A program made the translations under genes and the position numbers. The notes under the pieces are model-generated. The model made no database searches, was not told the DNA's origin, and was given only the letters and a program-made list of their open reading frames with translations. Below, one piece after another: positions 45,211 through 58,550 of a stretch of 64,000 nucleotides of DNA (position 1 is the first letter of the stretch; each line of letters starts with the position of its first letter). This DNA comes from the human T2T-CHM13v2.0 reference genome, Homo sapiens. The stretch lies in assembly GCF_009914755.1 (NCBI RefSeq), contig NC_060925.1. One strand, 5' to 3'.

Positions 45211-45903
45211 TAATCAAATTCCCCTTCCCACCATCTCCAAGCACCCTAAACTTCTTCATGGGGCTTGCCACACTTAAAATCATGTTACAGGGTAAGAATT
45301 TATTTGTTTGATGTTTTATTTTCTCACTAAATAATGAACTCCACAAGTGTAGAGAATAAGTTAAGATTGTTTATTTCTAACATGGCATCTAACACTGCAC
45401 TTGGCACATAATAGGTGCTCAGTTTATATTCATTGATTGAATGAATGAATGGCAGAAGCATTAATGGGAGGCATTCACAGGAAGGAGAAATAATTTCTGC
45501 ATGAGTTAAGCAAAGCTGGCTTCTTGGAGGAAGGGGCTATGAGTTAAGGATTAAGTGCATTTCTCTTCAGCTCACTTTACTCCCTCTGACTGGTTTCGAA
45601 GCAGAGACTGGAGTTTACATCTCTTTATTCCAAACAGCAGGAGGCTTGCTACTTCCCCTACCCTCCCTTTGTGGGTGGTGGCGAGGCCTTTGGGAGGGTC
45701 CAGATGGTGACTGAGGATGCCCTGGACTGAAGCTGCAAAATCTTTGGATTCTCCATTCATGCCCTCTCCGGTTGCCACTTCACCTTCAGCATCCCAGTCC
45801 TGCAATCCTTTCTCCACGTGGCAAGCAAATTGATTTTGTGAAAAACTTGGTATCAAAAGTGGCTTCCCATTTTCCCTAGGATTATGTCTGAAGTCCAGGC
45901 AGG

Positions 45904-46686
45904 TGTCAGAACCATTCAAACCAGAGCAACTCCATCTTAAATAGGAGCTGGGTAAAATAAGGCTAAGACTTACCGGGCTGCATTCCCAGATGGTTAAGGC
46001 ATTCTAAGTCACAGGATAAATTAGGAGGTCAGCACAAGACACAGGTCATAAAGACCTTTCTGATAAAACAGGTTGCAGCAAAGAAGCTGGCTAAAACCCA
46101 CCAAAACCAAGATGGCCACTACAGTGACCTCTGATGTTCCTCACTGTTACACTCCCATCAGCACCATGACAGTTTACAAATGCCATGGCAACATCAAGAA
46201 GTTACCCTATATGGTCTAAAAAGGGGAGGCAGGGAGGGGAACATCATATACTGGGGCTTGTTGAGGGGGTGGGGGGGTGGGTAGGAGAGGGACAGCATTA
46301 GGAGAAATACCTAATGTAGATGATGGGTTGATGGGTGCAGCAAACCAGCATGGCACAGGTATACCTGTGTAACAAACCTGCATGTTCTTGCACATGTATC
46401 TCAGAACTTAAAGTATAATCGAAAAAAAGTAAAAAAATAAAATAAAATAAAAGGGGAGGCATGAATAATCCACCCCTTGTTTAGCACATCATCAATAAAT
46501 AACCATAAAAATGGGCAACCAGTAGCCCTCGGGCCTGCTCTGTCTATGGAGTAGCCATTCTGTATTCCTTTACTTTCCTAGGAAACTTGCTTTCACTTTA
46601 CCCTATGGACTTGCCCTGAATTATTTCTTGTGCAGGATCCAAGAACCCTCTCTTGGGGTCTGAATCAGGCTCCCTTTCCTGTAACA
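45904..46686 (+). mobile_element. MER41A solo LTR (interrupted by L1)
   Basis: tgtcaga...ccagagcaactccatctt...aaaaggggaggc|atgaataatccacccc (A-type junction)...cctttcctgtaaca. Confidence 0.9.
46231..46448 (+). mobile_element. L1PA 3'-terminal fragment inserted in MER41A
   Basis: L1 3'UTR (gcattaggagaaatacctaatgtagatga...agaacttaaagtataat) plus A tail; TSD AAAAGGGGAGGC (46219-46230 / 46449-46460). Confidence 0.92.
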
Positions 46687-47475
46687 AAGGCATGGCCTAC
46701 AGCAGCCTCAGCAACTTCAGGCATGGCACGTCCACCTCCCTCTTAGGCCTCATCTCTTTTTCTGTGCCCTGCCTTTCACCATGTAAGTGCCAGCAATACT
46801 ATACTACTTTCAATTTCTAGAAAACGCCAAGCCATTTCCTGCCTGGGCCTTTGTTCACACAGCCTCCTCTGCGTAGAACACCCTGCTCCACTTTCCCCAC
46901 CCTCACCACTGGCTTCTAAGGCTCTACTTATTCATTATATCCTCTGGAAAGTTTTGCCTGACATCTCTAGAAAATTGGTCTTCCCCTCCTTCATTTCCAC
47001 CTCTCAGACTTCTATTATAGCACATGAAGTACTGTTTAAGAGTATTCATTTCTATGATGAAGTGGTTAGGATGAGAAATTTCAAATGTCAGCTGTGCCAC
47101 TTGCTTGTGTTAGATGACAGCCTTTTCTTCACAACATATTGGTTAAATAGGTTAAAAGCACTCGGAACATTGCTGGCACAGGGTGAGTGGTCATTAAGTG
47201 TCAGCTATTTTCTTTTCTCTTCTTCCTTCCTTGTCAACATGTTTCCTTTCTTGCCTAGGCTGCTAGGAACCTCTGAGAAAATAATAGGGATAGTCAACAC
47301 ATCTATAATCACCTCCCTGGTTAGGGGGTGCTTTCTGTCCAGAAAGGGAACAGACATTAAATCAATAATTTTTACAACTAAGCAGTGAACTACAATGTTG
47401 ATGGCCACTGTGAGTAAGGAGTATAGGTGCTTTGAAAACATATAGATTGGGAAAATTAAACTGTGTGAGGGGTGG

Positions 47476-47985
47476 TGTGGTAGGCAGAGTAACAGCCCCC
47501 AAAAAAGTCCCTGTACAAATGCCAGAACCTGTGCATAAATCATCTTACATGGCACAAGGGACTTTGCAGATGTGATTAAATTGAGGATCTTGGGATAGGG
47601 AGGTGACTCTGGATTACCACGGTGGGTCCTTATGTAACCACAGGGGTCCTTGTACATGAAAGACGGAGGCAGGAGCATCCATGTCAGAGTGAGGGGACAT
47701 GAGAAAGATTTGACTGGCCACTGTGGCTTTGAAGATGGAAGAAGGGACCATGAGCTAAGGAATCAGCAGCCTCTAGAAGCTGAAAAAGGCAGAGATGGCT
47801 TCTTCCCTAGAGCCTGCAGAGGAAGTGCAGCTTTGCCGATGGACGCCGTGATTGTAGCCTTAGTGAGACCCATTTTACACTTGTGAGCTCCAGAACTGAT
47901 AATAAATAGAAGATAATAAATGTGCATTGTTTTCAGTCACCGAATTTGAGGTCATTTGTTACAGAAATTGTAGGAAACTAACACA
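47476..47985 (+). mobile_element. MLT1D-like LTR
   Basis: tgtggtaggcagagtaa...gggactttgcagatgtgattaa...taggaaactaacaca. Confidence 0.85.
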
Positions 47986-48770
47986 GGTTGTCAGCTCAAT
48001 GCATTTTTGGGAGAAAGGGAAGAAGGGAGAAAGGAAGGGAAGAGGGGAGGGAAGAGTCTAAACCTGGGGGTGCTGAACCAGTAGAAGGAGATGGTCTCTA
48101 GGGTCTGCTATAAGCTAATAGCTTCAGAGCTGTTTGTGGGAAGGAAAGCCTCTTGTCAGTCAATATTTACTCAAGGGGAGTCTTGACCTCTGTGCTGTTC
48201 CTCACGCTGCTTTATTATGAGCCACCTTTAGCCTTCATTTTAAAACACTCAAAATCAAACACACTGCTGGCCCCAGGGCTCCTGCAAACATATGGAGTTG
48301 AGATCCCCATGGACACAGGAGAAACATTTTAAATGTAGATTAATACTTTAATATGAACCCAGCTCCAGCACAGTAATCCTTCATGCCACGTAGCAAACCC
48401 CAGGGGAAGCTGTGATTGGTTTGGTGGGATCACCCAGTCATCTCTGTACACAGAGTCTGCACGGCTGCGCCCTGAACTGCCTGACGGTTAAAACAGGATG
48501 GAGCTGAGCCAAACTTTGTTTCTCAGCCTCTGCCCTAGATTCTTCTGGGTGCCTCCCTGGCCAGGCCCATGGAAGACGGGATAAAGGCAAAGTCCAAGTT
48601 CAGAGCCGACTGTCATGTGCCACAGTGTCCTGGGATGTTCATATACCCTAGCGAGGCTTGTTTGATCTGGTTTTTAAAGTTTCTCTCCAGCAAAACCAAT
48701 ATGATCCTCGAATTCTCTCTCTTTCTGCAACAGCAGAAGTTGCTCTCTGGATGGAAAGGCCTCATTCCTT

Positions 48771-49655
48771 TTTTAAAAAAAGTTTTATTTTTATTTTAAG
48801 TTCCAGGGTACATGTGCTGGATGTGCAGGTTTGTTACCTAGGTAAACATGTGCCATGGTGGTTTGCTGCACCTATCAACTCATCACCTAGATATTAAGCC
48901 TGCATTAGCTATTTTTCATAATGCTCCCCCTCCTCCCACTCCACCCCTCAAGAGGCCCCAGTGTGTGTTGTTCCCCTCCCTGTGTCCATGTGTTAGCATT
49001 GTTCAGCTCCCACTTATAAGTGAGAACATGCAATGTTTGGTTGTCTGTTCCTGCATTAGTTTGCTGAGGATAACGGCTTCTGGCTTCATCCTTGTCCCTG
49101 CAAAGAACATGATGTTGTTCATTCTTATGGCTGAATAATATTCCATGGAGTATATGTACCACACTTTCTTTATCCAGACTATCATTGATGGGCATTTGGG
49201 TTGATTCTTTGTCTTTGCTGTTGTGAATAGTGCTGCGATAAACATACACGTGCATGTTTATTTGTAATAGAATGATTTACATTTTGAGGGGTATATACCC
49301 AGTAATGGGATTGCTGGGTCAAATGGTATTTCTGGTTCTAGATCTTTGAGGAATTGCCACACTGTCTTCCACAGTGGTTGAACTAATTTACATTCCCACC
49401 AACAGTGTAAAAGCATTCCTATCTGTCAGAGGTCTAATATCCAGAATCTACGAGGAGCTTAAACAAATTTACAAGAAACAAACAACCCCATTAAAAAGTG
49501 GGCAAAGGACATGAACGGACACTTCCCAAAAGAAGCCATTCATGTGGCCAACAAACATATGAAAAAAGCTCAACATCACTGATCATTAGAGAAATGCAAA
49601 TCAAAACTACAATAAGATACCATCTCATGCCAGTCAAAATGGCGATTATGAAAAA
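48771..49655 (-). mobile_element. 5'-truncated, 5'-inverted L1PA (twin priming)
   Basis: 48771-49422 L1 3' end on minus; 49423-49655 upstream ORF2 segment on plus; TSD CTCATTCCTT (48761-48770 / 49656-49665). Confidence 0.9.
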
Positions 49656-50042
49656 CTCATTCCTTATTTTTGACCACACTGCCTCTGCCAGGAATGTTCC
49701 ACCCAAATGGGGTATTCAGATGGTGATTCCTGTCTCTCCTCTGAGTATCAGCTTTCAGATCTCCTTAGAGAGGCCACCTCCATCTCTCTAGCTAAAGTCA
49801 ACTCAGTGCAGTCCCTCTATTGTACACCAGGTTTATCCTTCCAGGGCTTGTCATTGTTAGAATGCTGCAGTGTATACGGATTTGTTTGTTTGTGGAGCTC
49901 TTGCTCCTGCTTCACCCGTTCCCACTAGAACATAAGCCCCTTGAAAGCAGGGACCTCTTCGCTCTTGAATGTTACTGTATCTTCAGGCCTTCAACATGTT
50001 TTGTTCCTGCCCAATAATCACATTCCCATTTCTCAACCGCCA

Positions 50043-50469
50043 TGTTAAGGGCTGAATCGTGCCCATCCACCCCCCCCGCCCAATTCATATCTTGAAGTCC
50101 CAGCCTCCAGTACCTCATCATATAGCTGTATCTAGAGATAAGGTCTTTAAGGAGATAATTCAACTAAAATGAGGTCATTAGGATGGGCCCTAATCCGATA
50201 TGACAAGTATCCTTAAAAGAAGAGGAAATTTGGACATAGACAAGTACAGAGGGAAGACAGTTTGATGACACAGAAAAAAGATGGCCACCTACAAGCCAAG
50301 AGAGAGGCCTGAAATAGATCCTTCTCTCACAGTGCTCAGGAGGAACCCACTCTGCTAACACATTGACCTTGGACTTCTAGCCTCCAAGAACTGTGAGAAA
50401 ATCCATTTCTGTGGCTTCAGCCACCCAGTCTGTGGGACTTTGTTACAGCAGCTCCAGCAAACTCATACA
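50043..50469 (+). mobile_element. MLT1B-like LTR
   Basis: tgttaagggctgaatcgtgccc...aaaatgaggtcattaggatgggccctaatcc...gcaaactcataca. Confidence 0.85.
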
Positions 50470-51437
50470 CATCATCACAAAGTGGACCAGGAACTTGCAA
50501 GAAAATACTCAGTGGAATGTTCATTACCTTATCCATGAACACGCTAGCAAGAAATAGATGCCACTCTCTATTTGCGTAATTTGAGTTGAGTTTAATAAAA
50601 GGACTACCTGGAAGATGTGGGCAGGGTATGGGGCAACATAGGGAGGGCGCAACACTGTGGGGGCGAGCAACATGGGGAACCAGTACCACCCTGGGCTGCC
50701 AAAGAGAAGGAAGGGGACAGTTAGCAGGAAGCCGAAGAGAAAGAACATTTTGTGGAGAGAGAGTTGCCTGGATAAAAGCTGTGGTCTTTGGAGATCAGCC
50801 AGCTTGCAGTGATGCTGCGGGGAGCGGGGGCAGGGAAATAAATACCCGCACCTGACTCTTCCCTCCCACGCCAGGCAAGGCTCACAAATGGCAGAACTCA
50901 CTGACGTGGTCCACATGGTCCAGACTTCTGTGGCAGAAGCAGAGTAAAGAGGGGTGGAGAGTGGGTCTGGAGGGCTATGTGGAAGATTTCAGTATAACAC
51001 CCTCTTTCCCCAACTATTGTCAAAGCACGTCTCTTCCACTTGCTAACTCCTACAGAGAAATGAAGCAAATGCACTTTCATCTTCACCTCCTGCAGGCTAG
51101 GAGTGCCATTTCTAAACAATGCTCTCGGTATTGAATTCCACTGCAGATGGCCAAATGAGTCTATTTATTGAGTTTTACCAAAGCTTTATTGATACCATGT
51201 TGGAGAAGGATAGCACAATCTCAGTCCTGCCTCACCCGGGCTAGAGAGATTGCCTTCCCTAATTATTCTCAGGCAAGAATAATCTACAAGTTTGATGTAA
51301 ATAAGATGCGTCAGAAGCTCCATTTATCAATGCCCAGGAAGACTCAGAAATAGAAAGAGTGGGTGGCTAACATTTGCTGAACACCTATTAAGTGTCAGAC
51401 AGTTAACTAGCTTAATCCTGGCAAGAATTATGAAGTT

Positions 51438-51563
51438 AGCCCAGGCTTAATGGTGTGGGGTTGTAGCCCCAGCTACTTGTGAAGCTGAGGTGGAAGGATT
51501 CCTTGAGCCCAGGAGTTTGAGACCAGCCTGGGCAACACTGCGAGACCCCTGCCTCAAAAAAAA
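51438..51563 (+). mobile_element. FLAM Alu monomer
   Basis: TSD AAGAATTATGAAG. Confidence 0.85.
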
Positions 51564-52241
51564 AGAATTATGAAGAGATATTACGCCAGCTTCACAGATG
51601 AGGACTCAGGCACAGCCAGCAAGTTAGCAGAGCTGGGATTGGTGCTCTGGGGCACCTCACTCCAGTGTCTTCCTCTTGCCCCATCCCAGATGCCTTTCAA
51701 GGAAATGAAATGGCTCAAAAAAAAAAAAGCTAACAAATAAGGTTAGACTCTCAGAATAATAATAATGCCAGATACATTTTGAGTAGTTACCATCTGCCTA
51801 GGTACTCCGATTTACATAAGTTATCCCATGAAAGCCTCAAAACCACCCTAAAGAAGTTTATGCTATTTTATCTCCATTTTAAAGATGAGGACCTTGAGTC
51901 TTAGAGGAGTTCAAGGACTTGGCCCAGGTAAGGCCTAGGCTCTCAATTCAAACCCCAGATAACCTGGCTTTAGAGCCCAAGTTCTTCATAAGAATTGGAA
52001 CTACAGAGAATGGAATTACGATGAACAAGAATACAGGACGTGGGTGAAGAAGGGAGAACCCATGTGAGCAGAAAACCCAACCAGCTTGCTGCCTTGCACT
52101 GAGTCAGCAAAGGGAGGTGAGAATATGGCAAAAAGTGCTCAGGAAACCTTCCAGAAAGAACCTGCTCTCTTGGTGTTCGGGAAGAATACAGGAGACTAAC
52201 TTGGGTTTCTCAGCCCCAGCACTACTGATATTTTGGGCTAA

Positions 52242-52531
<290 letters not shown>

Positions 52532-52570
52532 GAGTTAATTTTTACTGGGATAATAAAATAATTATTGGAG

Positions 52571-52991
52571 GGATAATTTTTATGGGGGATAATTTTTATT
52601 GGATAATTTTTATGGGGGGATAATTTTTATTGGATAATTTTTATGGGGGTAATTTTTATTGGATAATTTTTATGGGGGGTAATTTTTATTGGATAATTTT
52701 TATGGGGGATAATTTTTATTGGATAATTTTTATGGGGGGTAATTTTTATTGGATAATTTTTATGGGGATAATTTTTATTGGATAATTTTTATGGGGGTAA
52801 TTTTTATTGGATAATTTTTATGGGGGGTAATTTTTATTGGATAATTTTTATGGGGGATAATTTTTATTGGATAATTTTTATGGGGGGTAATTTTTATTGG
52901 ATAATTTTTATGGGGGATAATTTTTATTGGATAATTTTTATGGGGGGTAATTTTTATTGGATAATTTTTATGGGGGGATAATTTTTATTGG
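52571..52991. repeat. Minisatellite/VNTR, 14 units of 29-31 bp
   Basis: Unit GGATAATTTTTAT-G(4-6)-(A)TAATTTTTATT. Confidence 0.97.
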
Positions 52992-54293
52992 GCAGGGTTG
53001 AGGTGGTCCCGTGCACTGCAAGGTGTGGAGAAGCATCCCTGGCCTCTCCTTTCTTAGATATCAGTAGCATCTACCTGCCAGTTTGTGACAATCAAAGATG
53101 TCTATACGCTCTTTTTTGGTTGAGAACCACCGCTGTAGCTCACAACAAGGGTGCAGGGTAGGAGGGAAACTCAAGGTAGAAGCTCTTCATCTTGCAGAGC
53201 CAGAAGTAAAACCTCCAGATGGAAGGGCTGACCTCCAGAAAGAAGGCAGAACCCAGGGCCAGGAAAGCCACCAAGAAGATTTTGTGGTTTGATGAAAGGA
53301 CCATGGACTTCAGCACTGGATGGGCAAGACTCAAATCTAAATATGTCACTTATTGCTCTGCAGTGGGGTGGGAGGGTGGCAAATTGCTTCACCTCGCAGA
53401 GTTCCGGTTTCCCAGGCTCTCAAAAGGATATAAAAATATCTACCACACAGGGTTGTTGTGGGCACCAGCTGATGCCTCAGTGTTCTCTCAGATGATTGGT
53501 TGTCATTTCTCCTCCTCCCTCGTTTCTAAGACCAGCAAAGCCAAGTTCTGCAGCGGGGCTGTGTGACTGCTCTCCATCTTCCTGCGTACATTTCACTCAG
53601 ATGAAGTCCTTTCTCGCCCTCTAAACAGCTGGCCGAGGATGAGTCACCACCACAGGAGAGCCATATCCTAGAGAATGAAAGGGGAGGGGCATTGCAGGCA
53701 GTAAAAAAGCCATTTTGTAGAAGGGCACGGAGATATAACAGAGTATGGAATATGTGGAATGGTAAATTGTCTGGAGCTCTAAAGCATGCAGAATGTCTTA
53801 ATCCCAAAAACTGAGGCTGAAAGATTACATGGTAATCGGAGTTTGAAAGTTCTCACTGTTGTCTGGAGAACTCCTACTCATTTTCCAAGATCCATCCCAA
53901 AGAAGGAAAAATAGAGCTAGTTATAGGTGGATGCAAAGCATTCAGAGTGGGGTAATTCCAGGAGCTGGGGCCAACAGGGTGTTTGGGGACCAGCTTTCCA
54001 AAGGCCAAGCCCTTGCTCTGTTTCCCTGAACATTCCTGTCCCATTGTCATCCATCGCAAACGTCATCTTCTTTGTGATAGCTATTCCAGCTCCCCCAGGT
54101 AATCTACTTAATTTCACCTACTCACTTTTCTGTGCTCTGTCACTCTTCTAATGTTATCTATGTTGTACTGTAAAAGGTTGGTCCCATGACTGGCTCCTCT
54201 ACAAGGCATTATGCTCCATGGTGGAAGTGGGGTGCATATATATTAGTCATCTGTATATTCTGCTCACCTAGCACAGAGCCTAGATGACAGGTA

Positions 54294-54810
54294 TTGCCAG
54301 TGACCTGCCCAATATCCATCCTTCCCATCTTCCTTTCCAATAGAATCCCAGATGGGCAACATGCTTTATTAAAGATATTCGTGTCCCAGGCTCCCTTGAA
54401 GCTCCGATGCCATACGACCCAGTTTGGACCAGTGAGATGCAAGTTGAACTCTATAGGGTGTGCTTCTAGCAAAGCTGTTGTTTTCCTGATAAAAGGTCAG
54501 CCCCAGGGGGCTCTTTACCTTTGGCCTTCATTTCTAACCACCTTTACCCCATCTTCCCACCTAGAAGCTTAGACTCCACACATAGAGGTGGAACAGTCAT
54601 CTTGAGACCATGAGGATGCAAGACACACTGGGGATAGCTGCGCAGGTGCCTGAAGGGATCCTGAGTCCTCAGGATCTCCTTGAGCAGCTGCAGCAGCCTA
54701 GGACTTCCTTCGTCTCAATGGTCATTAGATGCAAAAACCAATTCCCAGTTTGGTTAATCCACTGGCTGGGCTTCTGCTTTGTGTAGCTAAATGCTACAAC
54801 TTGGCACATA
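54294..54810 (+). mobile_element. Old MLT1 (J/K-like) LTR
   Basis: ctgcccaatatccatccttccc...cagtcatcttgagaccatgagg...gcctaggacttcct. Confidence 0.6.
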
Positions 54811-54910
54811 ACCTATGCTTAGGGAATTTTGATGACCCAGTTGAATGGTCAGCTCTCCCTCTGTGCAGCTTAGGCCACTCAGCCTCCAGTGATGCAATAA
54901 AGAGCCATAA

Positions 54911-55354
<444 letters not shown>

Positions 55355-56391
55355 TAACTAGTTGATATACATTTTGGGGAAATCTGTGAAACTGTGGCGT
55401 GGGTAGAAGCATTGACTTTGGAATTGGTTGGACCATTTGCCTTTTCTTTCTTTCAGCGGATACATATTGATGGGATGGAGATGTGTGGGCAAAAACAGTC
55501 CTCCTTAAGGAACTTAGTCTAGTGGAAGAGCAGAGCTACACTGATGAGTGACTGATTATAAAGGGAGATAAGTAACACATAGAGAATGCCAGAGTATACA
55601 AAAGGACTCTTCTGGTGTTCAGAGAAGGCTTCCTGGAGGAGGTTTCACTTAGATTGACATCAGCAAGTGACCTGGATTCAAACCTCTATCTGTCACTTAC
55701 TATTTGATATACTCCGGGCAATCATGTAACCTCTCTAGGCTTCTATTTCCACAATTGAAACACCAAATTTCTCATATTTCCCTCTCGTATTTGTGAAGCT
55801 TAAATGAAACAACGTTCATGGTGCCTGGCCCACAGGAAGCACTTCTTAGACTGTCAGTCACTCTTACGTTTTTTGTTTCAGACCAAGTTCCTGGCTTCTC
55901 CGGCCTGGGGTTGGTGTCCTCAACACCAGTGCTCAGGGTGGGTCAGACACTATTAATCTCTGCCAGTTCAAACCTGTGTAGATGGGCTCAGAAGATCATA
56001 TGCTGGGGAGGATGAGAACAAAGGCTTCAGGCAACAGTAAAAGATAATTAAGTCCCCAGGGCCGACCCCAGGAAAGTCTCCATTTCCTCTGCCTTGGCCC
56101 CTTCCTGGGGTCCCTCAATTACCCCAAGATTTCACTGGAGTCAACCTAGTCAAAGGGATGGCTAGGGTAGGGAGACAGTGGGGATCACCCGTGGGATATC
56201 CTGGGGAGATCCAAAGATACTGGGCTCTGAGGGGGCTGCATAGAGCAAAATGAGCTCCTTGAACTCAGAGTGTCTCTTCCCCAGTCCTCCCACCAGGAGG
56301 GCCGCAGGGCGGGCCCACGCTCGAGGGAAATCCACTTCCCTTCTTTGACCCCCAATTCCCTTACCTGTAAAATAGGTAATTGGACTAAATT

Positions 56392-56567
56392 AGTGGTTCT
56401 TAAGCTTTGCTGCACATTAGAATCATCTGGGGGAAATTAACGCCCCCCACAGATACCAAGCTGCTGCCCCCCAAACCAACTAAATCAGAACCTCTAGGGT
56501 GGAAGCTGAGCATCAGCGCTGTGACTCCCTAGATGGTTCCATGTGCAGCCAGCGTTGAGAACTGGTG
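56392..56567. mobile_element. MER5A-like DNA transposon (similar copies ~59390-59535, ~62395-62560)
   Basis: agtggttct...gctgcacattagaatcatctgggg...ttgagaact. Confidence 0.7.
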
Positions 56568-58462
56568 GCTCTGAAGGTCTTTCCAGCTGTAAGAATAGAG
56601 GCTGCTTCCTGGCTGTGTGAACTCAGAGAAATGACTTTAAAACTCCATCCCTCCACTTCCTCATCAGCAAAGAAAGAGTAAGAATGATACATCCCTCATC
56701 CAGGTATCATAGGATTAAAAGGATGGATTTCTATAGAGTGCTGATAAGAGGGACTGGGCAGTTTGTTATAGCTGTTATTGTGATTATGGAGAAGAAGGAG
56801 GAAGGAGAAGAGATGGAGGTTGGGGGTGGGGAAGAAGAAGAAACTCTGTGTTAGGCCCTGAACTCTGTCCTTCTCCCCACCGTGGCCATGACCTTTGCCT
56901 CAGTCACAGCAGTAGAAGTAGGACAAGTTCTACTCTCACATAGTGAAGAACCCAGGGGACAGGTGTGCACTAGCTTTTGGGAGTGCCCCATTAGTAGGAG
57001 AGAGAATGGGTAAACCCACTCTCCTTAGTGGGGCCTTAGTGTTGCACTGCCCAGCGTCTTTGGGGAGCTACTAGAAGGAGTCTTAGACATTACCTAGTTC
57101 TAACTTTTTCTCATTTAAGCAATGAAGACTCTGAGTTACAGAGAGGTTAAGTAATTCACTCAAGGACACACAGCCTTGCACCAAGCCAGGTCTCAAGTCT
57201 AGGTTTTTAAACAAAAAAAAAAAAAAAAAAAAAAAACTTCAGTCTCAAAGTCATTAAAAAAATAATAATAATACTCTGCAGCCTCCTCTCAGAGGACAAA
57301 ATCCGTCAGCATTAATCAGTCTTTTTTACTTTGGCAGGGATGCCTTATCTCTTCCTTCTAAGCAGACACAGTGCCTGCAGCTGAAAGAGCAATTGTGATA
57401 ATTAATAATAATATTTTGCACTTGGAATTTTCCCCTGGCAGCAGCTACTCTAAAAGCATCTCCTCATTCAGCCACACATATCAGCCAATTGGCCAGTCCA
57501 CAGGAGCTCCTGGAGCTTCTGCTGCTGGTTCCACAGCCCTGCACGGGGTCCTGGGAGGAACCCAGCCGCATGGGAAATGCTTCCAGCGCTCAAAGAGCTT
57601 GTTCAGGGGGCCATGCAAAAGTAAACCAGACTAGAGGCTGTCACTGAGAAAGGCATCTGGACTCTGCAACATCACTCTCCTAGGCACAGTAATAAAAGTC
57701 AGATATTATAGGAGCTTCCGTTTGATTTACCATCTTATTTCCTTCATCTGGAACGATGCCTGAAGTTCATTGGCCAAGGGTAACTAGCATCCATTCGGGA
57801 ATAATGCCCGAAGGCACCTACTCCAGAGGGAGGATTAAATGAGTTAAAACACGTACAGCACTTAGAACAAGGCCATGCATATGGTGAGCACCCCATAAAT
57901 GCTAGCCTTTGTTGTTGTTAACTATATGCCTTGGTGTCTGCATCAGCAAGGATCCCACTGAGAAACAGATGGAGTGCCCAAAAGGTTTACCAGGAAGACA
58001 GCATAATAAAGAGACTATTTTTGAGGTGTGGGCAGGGTTAAGGGAAGCCATAAGGGATAGTGAATAGCTTTCTGGCAATAGCAGAGAACTGTTACCATTA
58101 AAGGACAAGACCTTAAGGCTCAAGGGGAGGGACTAGCTGCTGGTGAGAGCTGGAGCCACAGAAGAGGGAACTCCACAGGGGCTGTGGCCACTGCAAGACC
58201 CACCGTAGCCAGACACGTAGGAGTGGGGAGGATAAAGGCCCCAATCTCTCTTTCTTCCTTCCTTGCAGTCTCCTCTTGGTACCTCCTACTGGAAGCCAAA
58301 GCCAAGGACAGATGAAGATGGGGTTTGCAGTGGCCGGCCTCTGGGGACACAGAGCAAATCCGAGAACAGCAGATGATGAATCTAGCACGGGGCAGTAAAG
58401 GTAGGGAGGAGCAAACAGTGATTAACCAAAGTTAAGCACAACCAATAATTCGACATGGTGGC

Positions 58463-58550
58463 GATGCTTTGGTGTGACGATGCTTTGGTGTGACAATGCT
58501 TTGGTGTGACGATGCTTTGGTGTGACGATGCTTTGGTGTGACGATGCTTT
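58463..58550. repeat. Tandem repeat, 5.5 x 16 bp
   Basis: (GATGCTTTGGTGTGAC)n with a single substitution. Confidence 0.95.

Noticed and set aside
48848-49791. L1 ORF2-like peptides
   Set aside because: Fragments of a truncated, inverted, non-functional L1
52571-52991. CRISPR-like array or repetitive peptide (GGNFYWIIFM)n
   Set aside because: No unique spacers and eukaryotic context; the ORF is an artefact of the 30-bp period
53309-53330. REST/RE1 site (TTCAGCACTGGATGG)
   Set aside because: Only the left half-site matches; the right half and spacing are wrong
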